DNA from: a virus
Length of the DNA: 42,491 nucleotides
IMG/VR virus record: IMGVR_UViG_3300045988_020338
Span: 1 to 42,491 of that record
Reading direction: 5' to 3' (one strand)
Positions 1-8,993 of this stretch are shown one piece after another. A model generated the notes under the pieces. That model was given only the letters and a program-made list of their open reading frames with translations. It ran no database searches and was not told the DNA's origin. Numbering within the stretch: position 1 is the first letter of the stretch; each line of letters opens with the position of its first letter. The translations under genes and the position numbers were made by a program.

Positions 1-55
1 CAGAACTGAGCAAAGTCCATCTGCCAGAAGTTAGCGCCGAGGTTATGAATACCGC
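1..55. repeat. Terminal direct repeat, left copy (identical to 42437..42491). Assembly overlap of a circular or circularly permuted molecule.
   Basis: Bases 1-55 (CAGAACTGAGCAAAGTCCATCTGCCAGAAGTTAGCGCCGAGGTTATGAATACCGC) recur exactly as the last 55 bases. A minus-strand reading frame passes through the junction without interruption. Confidence 0.95.
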
Positions 56-1220
56 TGCGCGCCTGGCTTTTCGTGATGTTTACCTGCTGTGCGGCTCCCG
101 TGGTGGACTTGTAGCCGTTGACGCAGTGGTAACGGCCGATGTAGGAGTAGCTAAGCTCGCCAAGGCCGTCCCCGCGGTCGCGGTTGACCGGGTCAACGAA
201 GAAGCCCTCCACAGGCCCGTCCGCGATCTGAAGCTTCAGCTTCTTGCCGTTCTTCGTCCATTTGAACCAATACTTCGGCTCCTTGACCTCAATGCCGCCT
301 GCGCGATTTTCTCGCACCATGTCGCACCACGGGTACAAATCATCAAACGGTGAGCTACCCGTACCATTGCTTACTGCGGGATTCGGCTCGGGGAAGTTGG
401 CGGCTTCGTCCGTTCGCACACCGCGCGTCGCGCCGCTGCTCGTCCAGTCCCATTCAACACCGTAGATGTGCACAGGCTGCTTAAACGTGATATCATACCC
501 CGTGCCGTCAATCAGCGTCCTGCCCTTGAGGATGTTGTACACCGTGCCGTTTACCATGCACTTGCCGCCCTTGATGGTGTAGGCCGTGCCGTTGATGAGC
601 GTCTTGTGAGCGGTGAGGTCGGGCTTAGTCTCTGGCCCCGCCGTAAATGCTCCCGTGCCTACGTTAGTGTAAAACTGGCCGTTGACGTCGTCCCACATAC
701 CAACAACGCCGAATGCGTTTTTGCATGGGATGAAGTCGCGGGTTGGGTTGCTGCCGGACGCATTGAGGTATATTTTAGCTCCGTATAATTTCGCAGAAGC
801 CCCCAGCAGCCCTCCTGCGTAGTGGAGTGCAAATAGATATACACTTAAGGACGATCTTTTTGCCGACGGCGCGATATCCCCAATGTAATATGACATCCCG
901 TCTATTTTGGCGAAGATATCACCGCTGATCGTGCAAACATCTATGCTGTATTTTCTCCCTGTCGTTATGGCTCCAAATGTCGCTACGCCGTAAGCGCCAA
1001 GTTCCCAATTCCCTGCGCTATTTGCCGCAAGATAATTTCGATAATATGGATCGGCTGCATCATGTGACCCAAATAACATGTTTAGCCCGCTGCGCAGACT
1101 TGTAAATTCAGCCTGACATTCTACTCTCATCCCCTCGGGTGCGGAAACACCCGTATTAATGTACTGCGTCCCTGTGCTCTCGATATACTCAAGCTTTATG
1201 TATCCGCTTGGTAATGCCAT
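1..1220 (-). CDS. Tail fibre / receptor-binding protein, N-terminal ~406 codons. The gene wraps the window ends and continues at 42436..41875.
   Basis: Hand translation starts at ATG 1220, with GGAGG 7 nt upstream. It gives MALPSGYIKLEYIESTGTQYINTGVSAPEG...FIPCKNAFGVVGMWDDVNGQFYTNVGTGAFTAG...SPFDDLYPWCDM... The frame has no stop down to base 1 and reads ...GANFWQ-MDFAQFW, joining ORF 41875..42456 in frame (593 aa total). I recognise the LPxGY..LEYIESTGTQYI and DxVNGxFYxNxGTGxF motifs from Firmicute prophage fibre proteins. Confidence 0.8.
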   Translation of the reverse strand, partial: MALPSGYIKLEYIESTGTQYINTGVSAPEGMRVECQAEFTSLRSGLNMLFGSHDAADPYYRNYLAANSAGNWELGAYGVATFGAITTGRKYSIDVCTISGDIFAKIDGMSYYIGDIAPSAKRSSLSVYLFALHYAGGLLGASAKLYGAKIYLNASGSNPTRDFIPCKNAFGVVGMWDDVNGQFYTNVGTGAFTAGPETKPDLTAHKTLINGTAYTIKGGKCMVNGTVYNILKGRTLIDGTGYDITFKQPVHIYGVEWDWTSSGATRGVRTDEAANFPEPNPAVSNGTGSSPFDDLYPWCDMVRENRAGGIEVKEPKYWFKWTKNGKKLKLQIADGPVEGFFVDPVNRDRGDGLGELSYSYIGRYHCVNGYKSTTGAAQQVNITKSQARSGIHNLGANFWQMDFAQF

Positions 1221-1232
1221 CCTCTCGCCTCC

Positions 1233-2564
1233 TTAGCCGTACAGCCAGTTGATGGAGTAGTTCTCGGTCGGCGTGGTCTCAACTTTCATAAGCGTCTGCT
1301 TGACGATGTTGCCGGATGCGATGTAGTCGCTGCCGCGCGTCGCGGCCACGATACCGCCGCTGCCGTTGCCCTTGAGGAGGGAGGTGGTGGAGGGAACGGA
1401 CGGAATGACCGTCGTGTTTGGGAGCGCGCCTACCTCAGAGGCCGTGTAACTCGGCTTGGTCGCCGCTTTCGCCCACTCAGGCACGGTCGGATCGCTCTCC
1501 GTGTAGCTCTGCAATGCGCTGTCAGCCTTGCCCAAACTTGTCTGCACGTCGTCTGCAAGGTCAGTCTTAGCAACTTTGTCCTTGAATGCAAGAGCTTTGA
1601 GGTCGCCTAACCACTTGGCAATCTTACCAAGCAGTACCGACAGTTTCTCGCCGGTTGCGATGTTGATGCGGGTGCTCGCCGCAGTGAACGCTGCCGTGAC
1701 ATTACTGCCGTCGCCGGTCTTGCCCAGCTTATTGGCAAGCGCCGAGTACACGCCACCAGACTGCACAGGATTGGTGCTGCCCTGCGTAGGCGTTGCGTCA
1801 GTAGTTACCTTGACGTCCTTGATGGCATTGTCAATGTATTCAAAGATGTCCTGGTGCTTGTTGTTAGGGTCATACACAGACGCCAGCATATCACCCGTAC
1901 CAGCACCGGAAGCGCCTCGGCAATAGCCCGCGTCGTAGCTCGTGCCGTCCGACATCGTCACGATAAGGTGATAGTCGCTCTGCCGGATGGTGATGCCTGT
2001 GATGGTTGGTGCATCCGTGCCGGGATTGCCCTGCGGGCCTTGGATGCCCTGTTTACCCTGCGGGCCGGTGTCACCTGTCGCCCCTTTTTCGCCTGTCTCA
2101 CCCTTGTCACCCTTTTCGAGCACAAGGTTGAGCACCTGATTCGGGGCTTCTCCGGTAATAGTCGCGCTCGCCACCTTGCCGGACGTGACCGAGCCGATAG
2201 TCAGCACGTTTGCGGGGCCTGCGGGGCCTTGCGGGCCGGTCGCGCCTGTTGCGCCAGTCTCACCTTGCACGCCCTGCTCCCCCTGCGGGCCAGTCGCACC
2301 CGTCGCGCCTGTCGCGCCGGTGTCGCCTTTGCTGCCCTGCGGGATACCGAGTGCCAGCGTACCGGTCGACTTGTCGTAGGTCGCCGTTGCCGAGCTTCCT
2401 GCGGGCAGCGTTGTCACCGTAACCGATACAACACTCAGCGTGACGAAGTCCAGCAGCGTTGCACCTTTCAGTTTTTTCGCCTCGCCGCTCTGCTCAAGCA
2501 CGAAAAGGTCTTCGCTCGTGATCTGTAACGCTTGGGTAAGGTCGGAAATTGCTTTATCAGCCAT
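1233..2564 (-). CDS. Collagen-like repeat tail fibre protein
   Basis: 443-aa ORF with two Gly-X-Y blocks (GDTGATGATGATGPQGEQGVQGETGATGATGPQGPAGP and GDKGETGEKGATGDTGPQGKQGIQGPQGNPG). GAGG lies upstream of the ATG. It sits between the tail-tip genes and the receptor-binding fibre. Confidence 0.85.
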   Translation of the reverse strand: MADKAISDLTQALQITSEDLFVLEQSGEAKKLKGATLLDFVTLSVVSVTVTTLPAGSSATATYDKSTGTLALGIPQGSKGDTGATGATGATGPQGEQGVQGETGATGATGPQGPAGPANVLTIGSVTSGKVASATITGEAPNQVLNLVLEKGDKGETGEKGATGDTGPQGKQGIQGPQGNPGTDAPTITGITIRQSDYHLIVTMSDGTSYDAGYCRGASGAGTGDMLASVYDPNNKHQDIFEYIDNAIKDVKVTTDATPTQGSTNPVQSGGVYSALANKLGKTGDGSNVTAAFTAASTRINIATGEKLSVLLGKIAKWLGDLKALAFKDKVAKTDLADDVQTSLGKADSALQSYTESDPTVPEWAKAATKPSYTASEVGALPNTTVIPSVPSTTSLLKGNGSGGIVAATRGSDYIASGNIVKQTLMKVETTPTENYSINWLYG

Positions 2565-2766
2565 CGGTTACCTCGCTTTTCTTCTCGAGCTTCGTCTTAC
2601 CCTCTTTGGCGGGCGGCTCGTCCGGCTTGTCCAACTCGGCAAAGGCATTTTCGATGTTCTGCATTGCCATTGCCATGCGCTTAGCCTCGCTGCCCTTAAC
2701 ATAGATGCCGGTAATCATGGCATATGCACTGTTGATCTGCTCCCGCAGTTTGTTTTTGTCCATCAT
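2557..2766 (-). CDS. Small hypothetical protein in the tail fibre module
   Basis: ORF 2557..2793 trimmed to ATG 2766, which is preceded by AGGAGTGATA. Its 3' end overlaps the next start by 8 nt. Confidence 0.55.
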   Translation of the reverse strand: MMDKNKLREQINSAYAMITGIYVKGSEAKRMAMAMQNIENAFAELDKPDEPPAKEGKTKLEKKSEVTDG

Positions 2767-2774
2767 TATCACTC

Positions 2775-3200
2775 CTATCCTGATACGTTCCAACTGCCGG
2801 TATAGACGTATGCGTCGTATGCGTCCCAGCCGTTGGTGTAAATGTATGGGGTGTATGCTTGATTGTTGATATATACGGCATTGCTTGAGCTGTCGCTATA
2901 CGTTGTGGCTGTGCCCTCGTCGCTGTAATCGGAGACTGTCCAATCGCCGTTCCAGTAGAAGAGATTGCAGACCCACTCGTACTGCTCGCCAGGGGAAAGC
3001 CCTGTGATATAGCCCGAAAACGTACTCGTGCCGCCGCCCGTTTCCGCTGACGTAAACTCAAATGTTCCAACGCCGATGACGCGCACGTCAATAGAGCGCT
3101 TATAGCTGTAATCATCTGCGCCTCCCGTGAATTTGGCATAGACTTCGAGCTTCGTTCCGTCTCCATCCACCGGTGAGAGCGTGCAGTAAAATCGTGCCAT
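2775..3200 (-). CDS. Hypothetical tail-associated protein (beta-rich, Tyr/Trp/Gly-rich)
   Basis: ORF 2775..3209 trimmed to ATG 3200 with GAGGTG 6 nt upstream. It lies within the tail-tip/fibre gene run. Confidence 0.55.
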   Translation of the reverse strand: MARFYCTLSPVDGDGTKLEVYAKFTGGADDYSYKRSIDVRVIGVGTFEFTSAETGGGTSTFSGYITGLSPGEQYEWVCNLFYWNGDWTVSDYSDEGTATTYSDSSSNAVYINNQAYTPYIYTNGWDAYDAYVYTGSWNVSG

Positions 3201-3210
3201 GTGTGTCACC

Positions 3211-4278
3211 TCACTGCAAAAGGAAGAACAGTTGACCGTACTGTGGGTTGCTTGGGAGCTTTGAGCCGTACATCTTCGAACCTACCAGCAGCGGCCCGCC
3301 GCCGAGGGATACAACATCGCTTAGCGTAATAAATGCGCCTTCATAGGCAGAAAGATAAATCTTGCCTCCGGAATTGAGCTGAATGCCGCCATACGTCGTG
3401 TTGATGGCAATACCATAGCCGGTCGTCGTGTAGGCCAGCTCGATAGAGCCGATGGATTGGTTGCTGCTTGCCAACAATTCGACTGTGCGACCCCTGAGCT
3501 TTTCCGCTGTGATGCTCGTCTCGTCGATGTACGTTGCGATAGCGCTGTCGACCTCGCTTGCACTCAATCCCGCGTTGTTGTCGACATAGGTCTTCGTTGC
3601 GTAGTTCGAGCCGTCCTTGAGATCGCCGACGCGGATGCTGCCGGTTTGGATTTTGTCGGCCGTCAGCGTACCCGTGATATTCGCCGCATCGACGTACAGA
3701 TTGTCCGTCTTGATGCTGCTGCCGTTGATTTTGGTCGTGCCGCTCGCGTCCGTCACCGTCAGGCCGTCCAGCGTGGTCTTGACCTCGGTGTACTTGCCGT
3801 CGATGCCCTCGACCTTGAGCATGATTTCCTCGCTGGTCTTGGTGATGAGGGAGCGAGTTTGAGAAATCTTTCGGTCAAATTCCTGTTTGATATAACCGCC
3901 GGATGGGTATTCGTCATCCATCTCCAACTCGCCAGGGGAGGCAATATCTGCGTATCCTCGCCCATCATCAGAAAGTTTAGACAGCGGCGAATAAATGCCA
4001 CCAACCGTCACGCCGTCGCCCAGCTCTGCCGCTGGATCGATGTTTGCTGCGCCTGCTTCGTACGCCTGATACTGGTAGCCTTTCATGGTTTGCAGTAAAG
4101 CATTTACCATTGGCTGCGTGGCGTGAGGGCAACTTGCAATGACCTCCATTCCGGTATCGTCGCCCGCCGTCAGGCTATTTTCGTCGTCCACAAGCAACGT
4201 CACACGGGAAATAGGCTTATACTTGCCATTGTCGGAAAAGCTTGTAATGTCGCCGCCGACGTAATATTTATCAGACAA
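3211..4278 (-). CDS. Tail-tip / fibre-anchoring structural protein
   Basis: 355-aa ORF, third gene downstream of the tape measure gene. The C-terminal half has repetitive beta-type segments (TDASGTTKINGSSIKTDNLYVDAANITGTLTADKIQTGSIRVGDL). Confidence 0.6.
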   Translation of the reverse strand: MSDKYYVGGDITSFSDNGKYKPISRVTLLVDDENSLTAGDDTGMEVIASCPHATQPMVNALLQTMKGYQYQAYEAGAANIDPAAELGDGVTVGGIYSPLSKLSDDGRGYADIASPGELEMDDEYPSGGYIKQEFDRKISQTRSLITKTSEEIMLKVEGIDGKYTEVKTTLDGLTVTDASGTTKINGSSIKTDNLYVDAANITGTLTADKIQTGSIRVGDLKDGSNYATKTYVDNNAGLSASEVDSAIATYIDETSITAEKLRGRTVELLASSNQSIGSIELAYTTTGYGIAINTTYGGIQLNSGGKIYLSAYEGAFITLSDVVSLGGGPLLVGSKMYGSKLPSNPQYGQLFFLLQ

Positions 4279-4948
4279 GGATCCTCACCCCTCCAAATGT
4301 AATAGCGTTGCCCGCTTCTGTAATAAGATAGTTCGTCTCAGCAGGCATAGACAACAGAGGAATAAGCAATAGTTTCCCTGCATCGGTCATAATCCAGTTC
4401 CCACCGTGCGCCGCTGCGATAAAACATAGCTCATTGCGGATAGTGTAGTCGTTTGCAGGATAGTCGATGGTGTATGAGCTGTTGAGCACTGTTCGGTTGT
4501 CAAGCTCCACGCCCATCAACTGGCAAAAGATGTTTACAGCGTCAGGCATAGTCATCGGGAAGTTAAGCGACTGGTCTGGCTCCCACACAACGTCAGCCTT
4601 TCTCATAGCGTCGTATGCTTCGAGTTCCCAATAATCCCCATCGCAGGAACGGCGGTTAGTAAAAAACACGCCTTTGGGAATCCAGTCTGTCGCCTGACTT
4701 CCATTAACAAGCCTGAGATACCGCTTGATCGTAGCGGCGCGCGGCACGTTGTCCGCATACAGCGCCAGTTTTAATGTTGCGCAGCAGGCGTTTCCAATGC
4801 CGAATTCTTCAAACAACTGCGATTCGACAGAATGCGACACTTCCGCGTCTTTGCCATATTCTGTGCCCGCAACATCAAATTTGTACTCTCGTTCTGTGCC
4901 CGGCTTGTGGAGCAGCTCACGCCACAGCGCACTTGTTGTCTGCCCCAT
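4271..4948 (-). CDS. Tail-tip (baseplate hub-like) protein
   Basis: ORF 4271..4960 trimmed to ATG 4948 (GAGGTGTGAT upstream, TGATATG junction with the preceding gene). Assigned by position after the tape measure and distal tail genes. Confidence 0.55.
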   Translation of the reverse strand: MGQTTSALWRELLHKPGTEREYKFDVAGTEYGKDAEVSHSVESQLFEEFGIGNACCATLKLALYADNVPRAATIKRYLRLVNGSQATDWIPKGVFFTNRRSCDGDYWELEAYDAMRKADVVWEPDQSLNFPMTMPDAVNIFCQLMGVELDNRTVLNSSYTIDYPANDYTIRNELCFIAAAHGGNWIMTDAGKLLLIPLLSMPAETNYLITEAGNAITFGGVRILV

Positions 4949-4949
4949 A

Positions 4950-5309
4950 TCACACCTCAATCAAGTTAAACGTCGCGCCGCCCCACACCTCATTGTCGTC
5001 CGCCGCTTCTTCAAGCGTGCATTCCATCGACGAGCAGTAAAACGTGCTGGTTCGAACGCCATGCAAGTCAAGATACTTGACCGTGCACGTTGTCTTATTG
5101 AGGTCATCATCGAGTTTTGCCAGCTTATCGCGAGGCATAGAGCGCGTTGTATAGCTTAGTTTCCGCTTGGTGGTAATCTTGTCGCGGCGCATTTTCCCGT
5201 CTTTGGTGCGGGTGGTCTTGTCGCTGTCAAGGTCGTTTCTGCTCCACCCATACCCTTTCGTTGCAATTGCGGACGAGTAATCCGTGCCGTTGATAATAAG
5301 GACTTCCAT
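4950..5309 (-). CDS. Distal tail protein-like (short)
   Basis: 119-aa ORF immediately downstream of the tape measure gene, with GGAGGG upstream. The assignment is positional only. Confidence 0.5.
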   Translation of the reverse strand: MEVLIINGTDYSSAIATKGYGWSRNDLDSDKTTRTKDGKMRRDKITTKRKLSYTTRSMPRDKLAKLDDDLNKTTCTVKYLDLHGVRTSTFYCSSMECTLEEAADDNEVWGGATFNLIEV

Positions 5310-5321
5310 GTTTGACCCTCC

Positions 5322-7283
5322 TTAGTACAGCAGCACGGGCTTACCCGCTGCGCGTGTCATGTTGTTGATATTCTTTACGGTGCTGCGTGCGATCTCCTTA
5401 CCGTCGAGCTGGATAACGACCGTAGTCGTACCGTTGCCGGATTCCGACATAGCCTGTTTAAATGCTTCGACCATCGTTGCAAGCGGCGTTTCGATGTTCG
5501 TTCCGCTCTTCTGGTCGCCCAGTACGGCAAGAAATTCCTTGTTGGGTGGAATGACTGCGCCGGTTGCCAGACGCGGAAGATGTACTTCGGAAAGCGAGGA
5601 AAGATGCCCGCCGATGCTTTTACCGCCAACACCCGGAACCCAGCTTGGGACGGTAAACTTAATCGTGTTGATCTTGCTGATAAGCCAATTTAATCCCTTG
5701 ATAATGGCATTAACCGCGCTTTCGGCAATAATGACGATGCTGTTCCAGATGCCTTTAAATACCTTTTTGACACCACCCCATGCAGAATTCCAGTCACCAG
5801 TGAACACTCCCTTGATAAACTGGATAATACCGCCAAGGATGTTATCTTTAAGGTTTCTCGCAAACTCGGTCAGATTGCCAGTCAGCGCAAGTACAGCGGT
5901 AACTACCGTAGCAATTCCCGCAATCACAAGTGGGATGACGCTACCGGTCAAGAAGAAGAACCCCAGCCCCGTTGCCACAATGCCAGCAATCAATAACAGC
6001 GTATTTTGGAGATTTGCACCGTTATCACAAATGTCCTTAAACGCTGTGATAATCATTGCTGCGCCAGCCACTACAAGGCCGATGCCCGCCCCAACTTTGC
6101 CGAATGCGATTGCAAGCCCCACGGCAAGCGCCGCTGTGCCTGCAAGCATTTCGAGCAGATTCCCCCAGTTAACGCCGTTATTCCATGCGTCGGATAAGCC
6201 GTCCCACAGAAGAATCAATCCGCCGACCGCGATGAGGATACCGCCGAGTTTGGTTAGAATCTTTCCCAATTCTCCGGGAAGCGAACTGCCGATCTTCCAC
6301 AGTGCAAGCCCTGCGGCAATAAGCATGACTGCATCAGCGATTTTCTTTAAGCGGTCGCTGATGTCATCCATGTAGCTAAAGTCCGGAGTGATTGCGTCAG
6401 CGGATGCGCCACCGCCCGCATCGTTTGCGGTATCGGTGGAAATCTGGTTGATCTCATCAAACGCCGCAAGCTGGCTTGCCGCTTTCTTCGCGGCACTGCC
6501 CGTTCCCTTTAATGCGCTGGTTTCTTTGTTTAGCGCCTTTGCCGAGTTAGCAGTTGCCTTGACACTCTTGCCGGAGATAAGCGCTACAAGACGAGTGATC
6601 TGTGAGACTACTGCCGTGATAACTTTTACAAGCAGTGTAAAAGCGGGGACAATTACACTTACAAGAGGCTGTGCCAGCGTCAAAAGCGCTCCTTTAAGCT
6701 GCGCAATGGATTCTCTTGCATCGGAGTTTACCATTACGACATTTTTTACCCAGTCGCGCACTTTTGTTAATGCTTGGGTAATAACTGTAAAAACAAGTGC
6801 ACTTCGGACAACAGATTTTAAGCGCTGTCCAAATACTTTCATGGAATCTGCCGCCGCTTCGGTTGCATTGCGCAGTCCTGCGCCTTTGGCTCTGCCCTCG
6901 ATCTGCTGTGTTAGCTCGACTGCCTGCGTTTTCGCGTCGGAAATTTTATCGCCGGTTTTTTTGAGCTTTTCGTTGAGCTTATCAATGCTATTTGCAGTTT
7001 TATTAAATTCGCTTTGCAGCATTCGCACGCGCTCGGCCTGCTCGGACACGTCGATTTTCTCATACGTGCCTTTTGGCGCTGTGCGCATATCGGCAAGCAC
7101 CTGTTTTGCCGCATCCAGCTCTGCGCCAATGTTACGCAGCCGGTCTTCCATCGGCGTTTTCTGGTCGCCGAGCCGGTTGAACTCCTTTTGTAGGGATTCG
7201 ATATTGCTTTTTACTTTGTTCAACTCCTGATGGAGTTTTTTGTCGCTAATAGTCGCTTCAAATACGACTTCGCCGTCAGCCAT
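5322..7283 (-). CDS. Tail tape measure protein
   Basis: The track ORF 5322..7457 is trimmed to ATG 7283 (MADGEVVFEATISDKK), which has AAGGTGA upstream. The longer form would overlap the plus-strand gene at 7362. The 653-aa product has an N-terminal coiled coil, a long Gly/Ala/Ile/Leu-rich hydrophobic core and a conserved C-terminal part. It follows the chaperone genes. Confidence 0.9.
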   Translation of the reverse strand: MADGEVVFEATISDKKLHQELNKVKSNIESLQKEFNRLGDQKTPMEDRLRNIGAELDAAKQVLADMRTAPKGTYEKIDVSEQAERVRMLQSEFNKTANSIDKLNEKLKKTGDKISDAKTQAVELTQQIEGRAKGAGLRNATEAAADSMKVFGQRLKSVVRSALVFTVITQALTKVRDWVKNVVMVNSDARESIAQLKGALLTLAQPLVSVIVPAFTLLVKVITAVVSQITRLVALISGKSVKATANSAKALNKETSALKGTGSAAKKAASQLAAFDEINQISTDTANDAGGGASADAITPDFSYMDDISDRLKKIADAVMLIAAGLALWKIGSSLPGELGKILTKLGGILIAVGGLILLWDGLSDAWNNGVNWGNLLEMLAGTAALAVGLAIAFGKVGAGIGLVVAGAAMIITAFKDICDNGANLQNTLLLIAGIVATGLGFFFLTGSVIPLVIAGIATVVTAVLALTGNLTEFARNLKDNILGGIIQFIKGVFTGDWNSAWGGVKKVFKGIWNSIVIIAESAVNAIIKGLNWLISKINTIKFTVPSWVPGVGGKSIGGHLSSLSEVHLPRLATGAVIPPNKEFLAVLGDQKSGTNIETPLATMVEAFKQAMSESGNGTTTVVIQLDGKEIARSTVKNINNMTRAAGKPVLLY

Positions 7284-7361
7284 AATATCACCTTCTTGCT
7301 TTTTGGTTTTTTGCGTGATATCATCCAAGAAGCCATAAATAATGGCAAGGAGGAATGAAAA

Positions 7362-7940
7362 ATGGATAAGATGACTACTTGCAAGGTATGCGGGGCATCT
7401 ATCGCAAAATCCGCTACCACTTGCCCGCAGTGTGGAGCCAAGCAGAAAAAGCGCCACCCAGTGCTGGGGATTATCATTGCTATTTTCGGCATTTGCATGA
7501 TCGCCGCCGCATTAAACGACATGGGCGATGCCCCTGGCGCGGAGAAACAAACATTTGGCGTTGGAGAAACCTCCGAGTTAAATGGGATCAGCGTAAAGTT
7601 TGATTCCTGCAACGAAAGCAATGGATCGCAGTTCAACACGCCTGATGATGGAAATGTGTTTCTGCTTTGCGAATTCTCAATTGATAACCAGTCGGATAAA
7701 GATATTGCCGTTAGTTCTATCGCATCGTTCAACGCCTATGTTGATGACTACTCGACAAATCTGAGCATTTCAGCCACCATCGCAACCGATAAAACTCAGT
7801 TGGACGGGGCTATTGCTGCCGGTAAGAAAATGACCGGCGTTGTCGGATACGAAGTCCCCAAAGACTGGAAAGAAATTGAAATTCGCTTCACTCCCGACTT
7901 TTGGTCTGGAAACGAAATTACATTCATTGCAGACAAGTAA
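7362..7940 (+). CDS. Zn-ribbon / single-TM / DUF4352-like extracytoplasmic protein (moron on the opposite strand)
   Basis: 192 aa. Order of elements: CKVCGASIAKSATTCPQCG zinc ribbon, TM helix (VLGIIIAIFGICMIAAAL), then a beta-rich domain with DUF4352-type signature (GNVFLLCEFSIDNQSDKDIAVSS...GVVGYEVPKDWKEIEIRF). AAGGAGGA lies 7 nt upstream of the ATG. This is the only plus-strand gene in the structural region. Confidence 0.8.
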   Translation: MDKMTTCKVCGASIAKSATTCPQCGAKQKKRHPVLGIIIAIFGICMIAAALNDMGDAPGAEKQTFGVGETSELNGISVKFDSCNESNGSQFNTPDDGNVFLLCEFSIDNQSDKDIAVSSIASFNAYVDDYSTNLSISATIATDKTQLDGAIAAGKKMTGVVGYEVPKDWKEIEIRFTPDFWSGNEITFIADK

Positions 7941-7947
7941 CCACCCT

Positions 7948-7980
7948 CGCCCGATGCTATTTTGCGTCGGGCGTTTTTTT
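7948..7980 (+). terminator. Rho-independent terminator of the plus-strand moron
   Basis: CGCCCGA (7948-7954) pairs with TCGGGCG (7967-7973) and is followed by T7 (7974-7980). It begins 8 nt after the stop at 7940. Confidence 0.7.
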
Positions 7981-8526
7981 GCCCAACCATGCATTTATCG
8001 TGTCGTTTTCTTCTTCCGTCATCGGCTTTTTTAGATCGACAAGCCGCCTGTTTTCTCGGTAAAATTCTCGATCCGATTTGTCAAGCGTTTTCCCCTTTGC
8101 TTTTAAGCTGCGAATCCGCACGATGTTTGCAAACAGGCAATCCCCGATTTCGTAGTATGCAGATACAAATGACCACCAGTGAAAATAAGGCATTGCGCGC
8201 ACTTCATGTCCCACAACGTGGTTGATGGGAGCCACGATGTATTGAAAGTCTTGCTCCCAGTCCATCAACTTAGGGCGCTTTTGATTATCGCCATCGTCAC
8301 CGCAGTCGAGAAACCATGTCATCTGCTTCACAGCTTCTGGAATGTGCTCATCCGGCATTTTTAAGAAGTCCGGATAAAAGATATCCAGAGCTGCAAGCGC
8401 TTTCTGCTCGTTGGTCAGATCGGCCGCAGCAAATACCGCTAGCACGTCCAGTGCCGCGCGATAGTCTGAGCGGATTTTATAGTCAACGCCGCAGACGTTC
8501 AGCGACGTTGGAAGATCGTACATCAT
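7957..8526 (-). CDS. Phage Gp15-family protein (tail assembly chaperone position)
   Basis: 189 aa. MMYDLPTSLNVCGVDYKIRSDYRAALDVLAVF...EQKALAALDIFYPDF matches my memory of the Gp15 family. ATGA overlap with the upstream gene. It lies directly upstream of the tape measure gene. Confidence 0.75.
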   Translation of the reverse strand: MMYDLPTSLNVCGVDYKIRSDYRAALDVLAVFAAADLTNEQKALAALDIFYPDFLKMPDEHIPEAVKQMTWFLDCGDDGDNQKRPKLMDWEQDFQYIVAPINHVVGHEVRAMPYFHWWSFVSAYYEIGDCLFANIVRIRSLKAKGKTLDKSDREFYRENRRLVDLKKPMTEEENDTINAWLGKKTPDAK

Positions 8527-8948
8527 TTACGGTATTTCTGCGTATACTTGCGGATTTTCTCATCGGCAAGCTCCTGTTCGCGCTTTACTGCCTCATCAAA
8601 CTGCTCGATGATGGCGGTCATAAAGTTTTGCCAAACCGGAGCACCGTTGGCCGCGGAATAGGCGTTGACGCTGCCAAAAAGCGTATCGGCAATGTCCTGT
8701 CCAAACAAATCATTGATGATGCTACGCATTTCCTTGTCAAGAGAATCAACCATGTCGAAAAGCTCATCATCGGGGATATCCTTTTCGAGTGTCTTTGCGC
8801 GGGTCTCCTGCTTTTTGCGCAGGTCATCAAAGGTTTTATATGCTTTCTTTGCAAAGTTAACATCCGCAGGGTTGAAGTACACCGTCACGATGCCGTTCAC
8901 GCCGCGAATGGTATATTCCTTTACACCGGAATCAAAAGTAAGTTCCAT
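8523..8948 (-). CDS. Tail assembly chaperone
   Basis: ORF trimmed to ATG 8948 (GGAGGAATAT upstream). A 141-aa acidic protein between the major tail and Gp15-like genes. Confidence 0.65.
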   Translation of the reverse strand: MELTFDSGVKEYTIRGVNGIVTVYFNPADVNFAKKAYKTFDDLRKKQETRAKTLEKDIPDDELFDMVDSLDKEMRSIINDLFGQDIADTLFGSVNAYSAANGAPVWQNFMTAIIEQFDEAVKREQELADEKIRKYTQKYRK

Positions 8949-8958
8949 ATATTCCTCC

Positions 8959-8987
8959 AAAATGAGGGCTGACAGATGCCAGCCCTC
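8959..8987 (-). terminator. Hairpin plus short U-run after the major tail gene (attenuator or terminator)
   Basis: GAGGGCTG (8964-8971) pairs with CAGCCCTC (8980-8987). On the minus strand this is followed by AUUUU. Confidence 0.45.
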
Positions 8988-8993
8988 TATGGT

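Noticed and set aside
7284-7457. N-terminal 58-codon extension of the tape measure ORF (track start 7457).
   Set aside because: The extension has no RBS and would overlap the well-supported plus-strand gene at 7362. ATG 7283 has AAGGTGA upstream and gives a typical tape measure N-terminus.
7957-8948. Programmed -1 frameshift between the two tail chaperone genes (gpG/gpGT-like).
   Set aside because: The two ORFs are joined by an ordinary ATGA stop/start overlap. The second is a complete Gp15-family protein with its own start. No slippery heptamer was seen near the junction.
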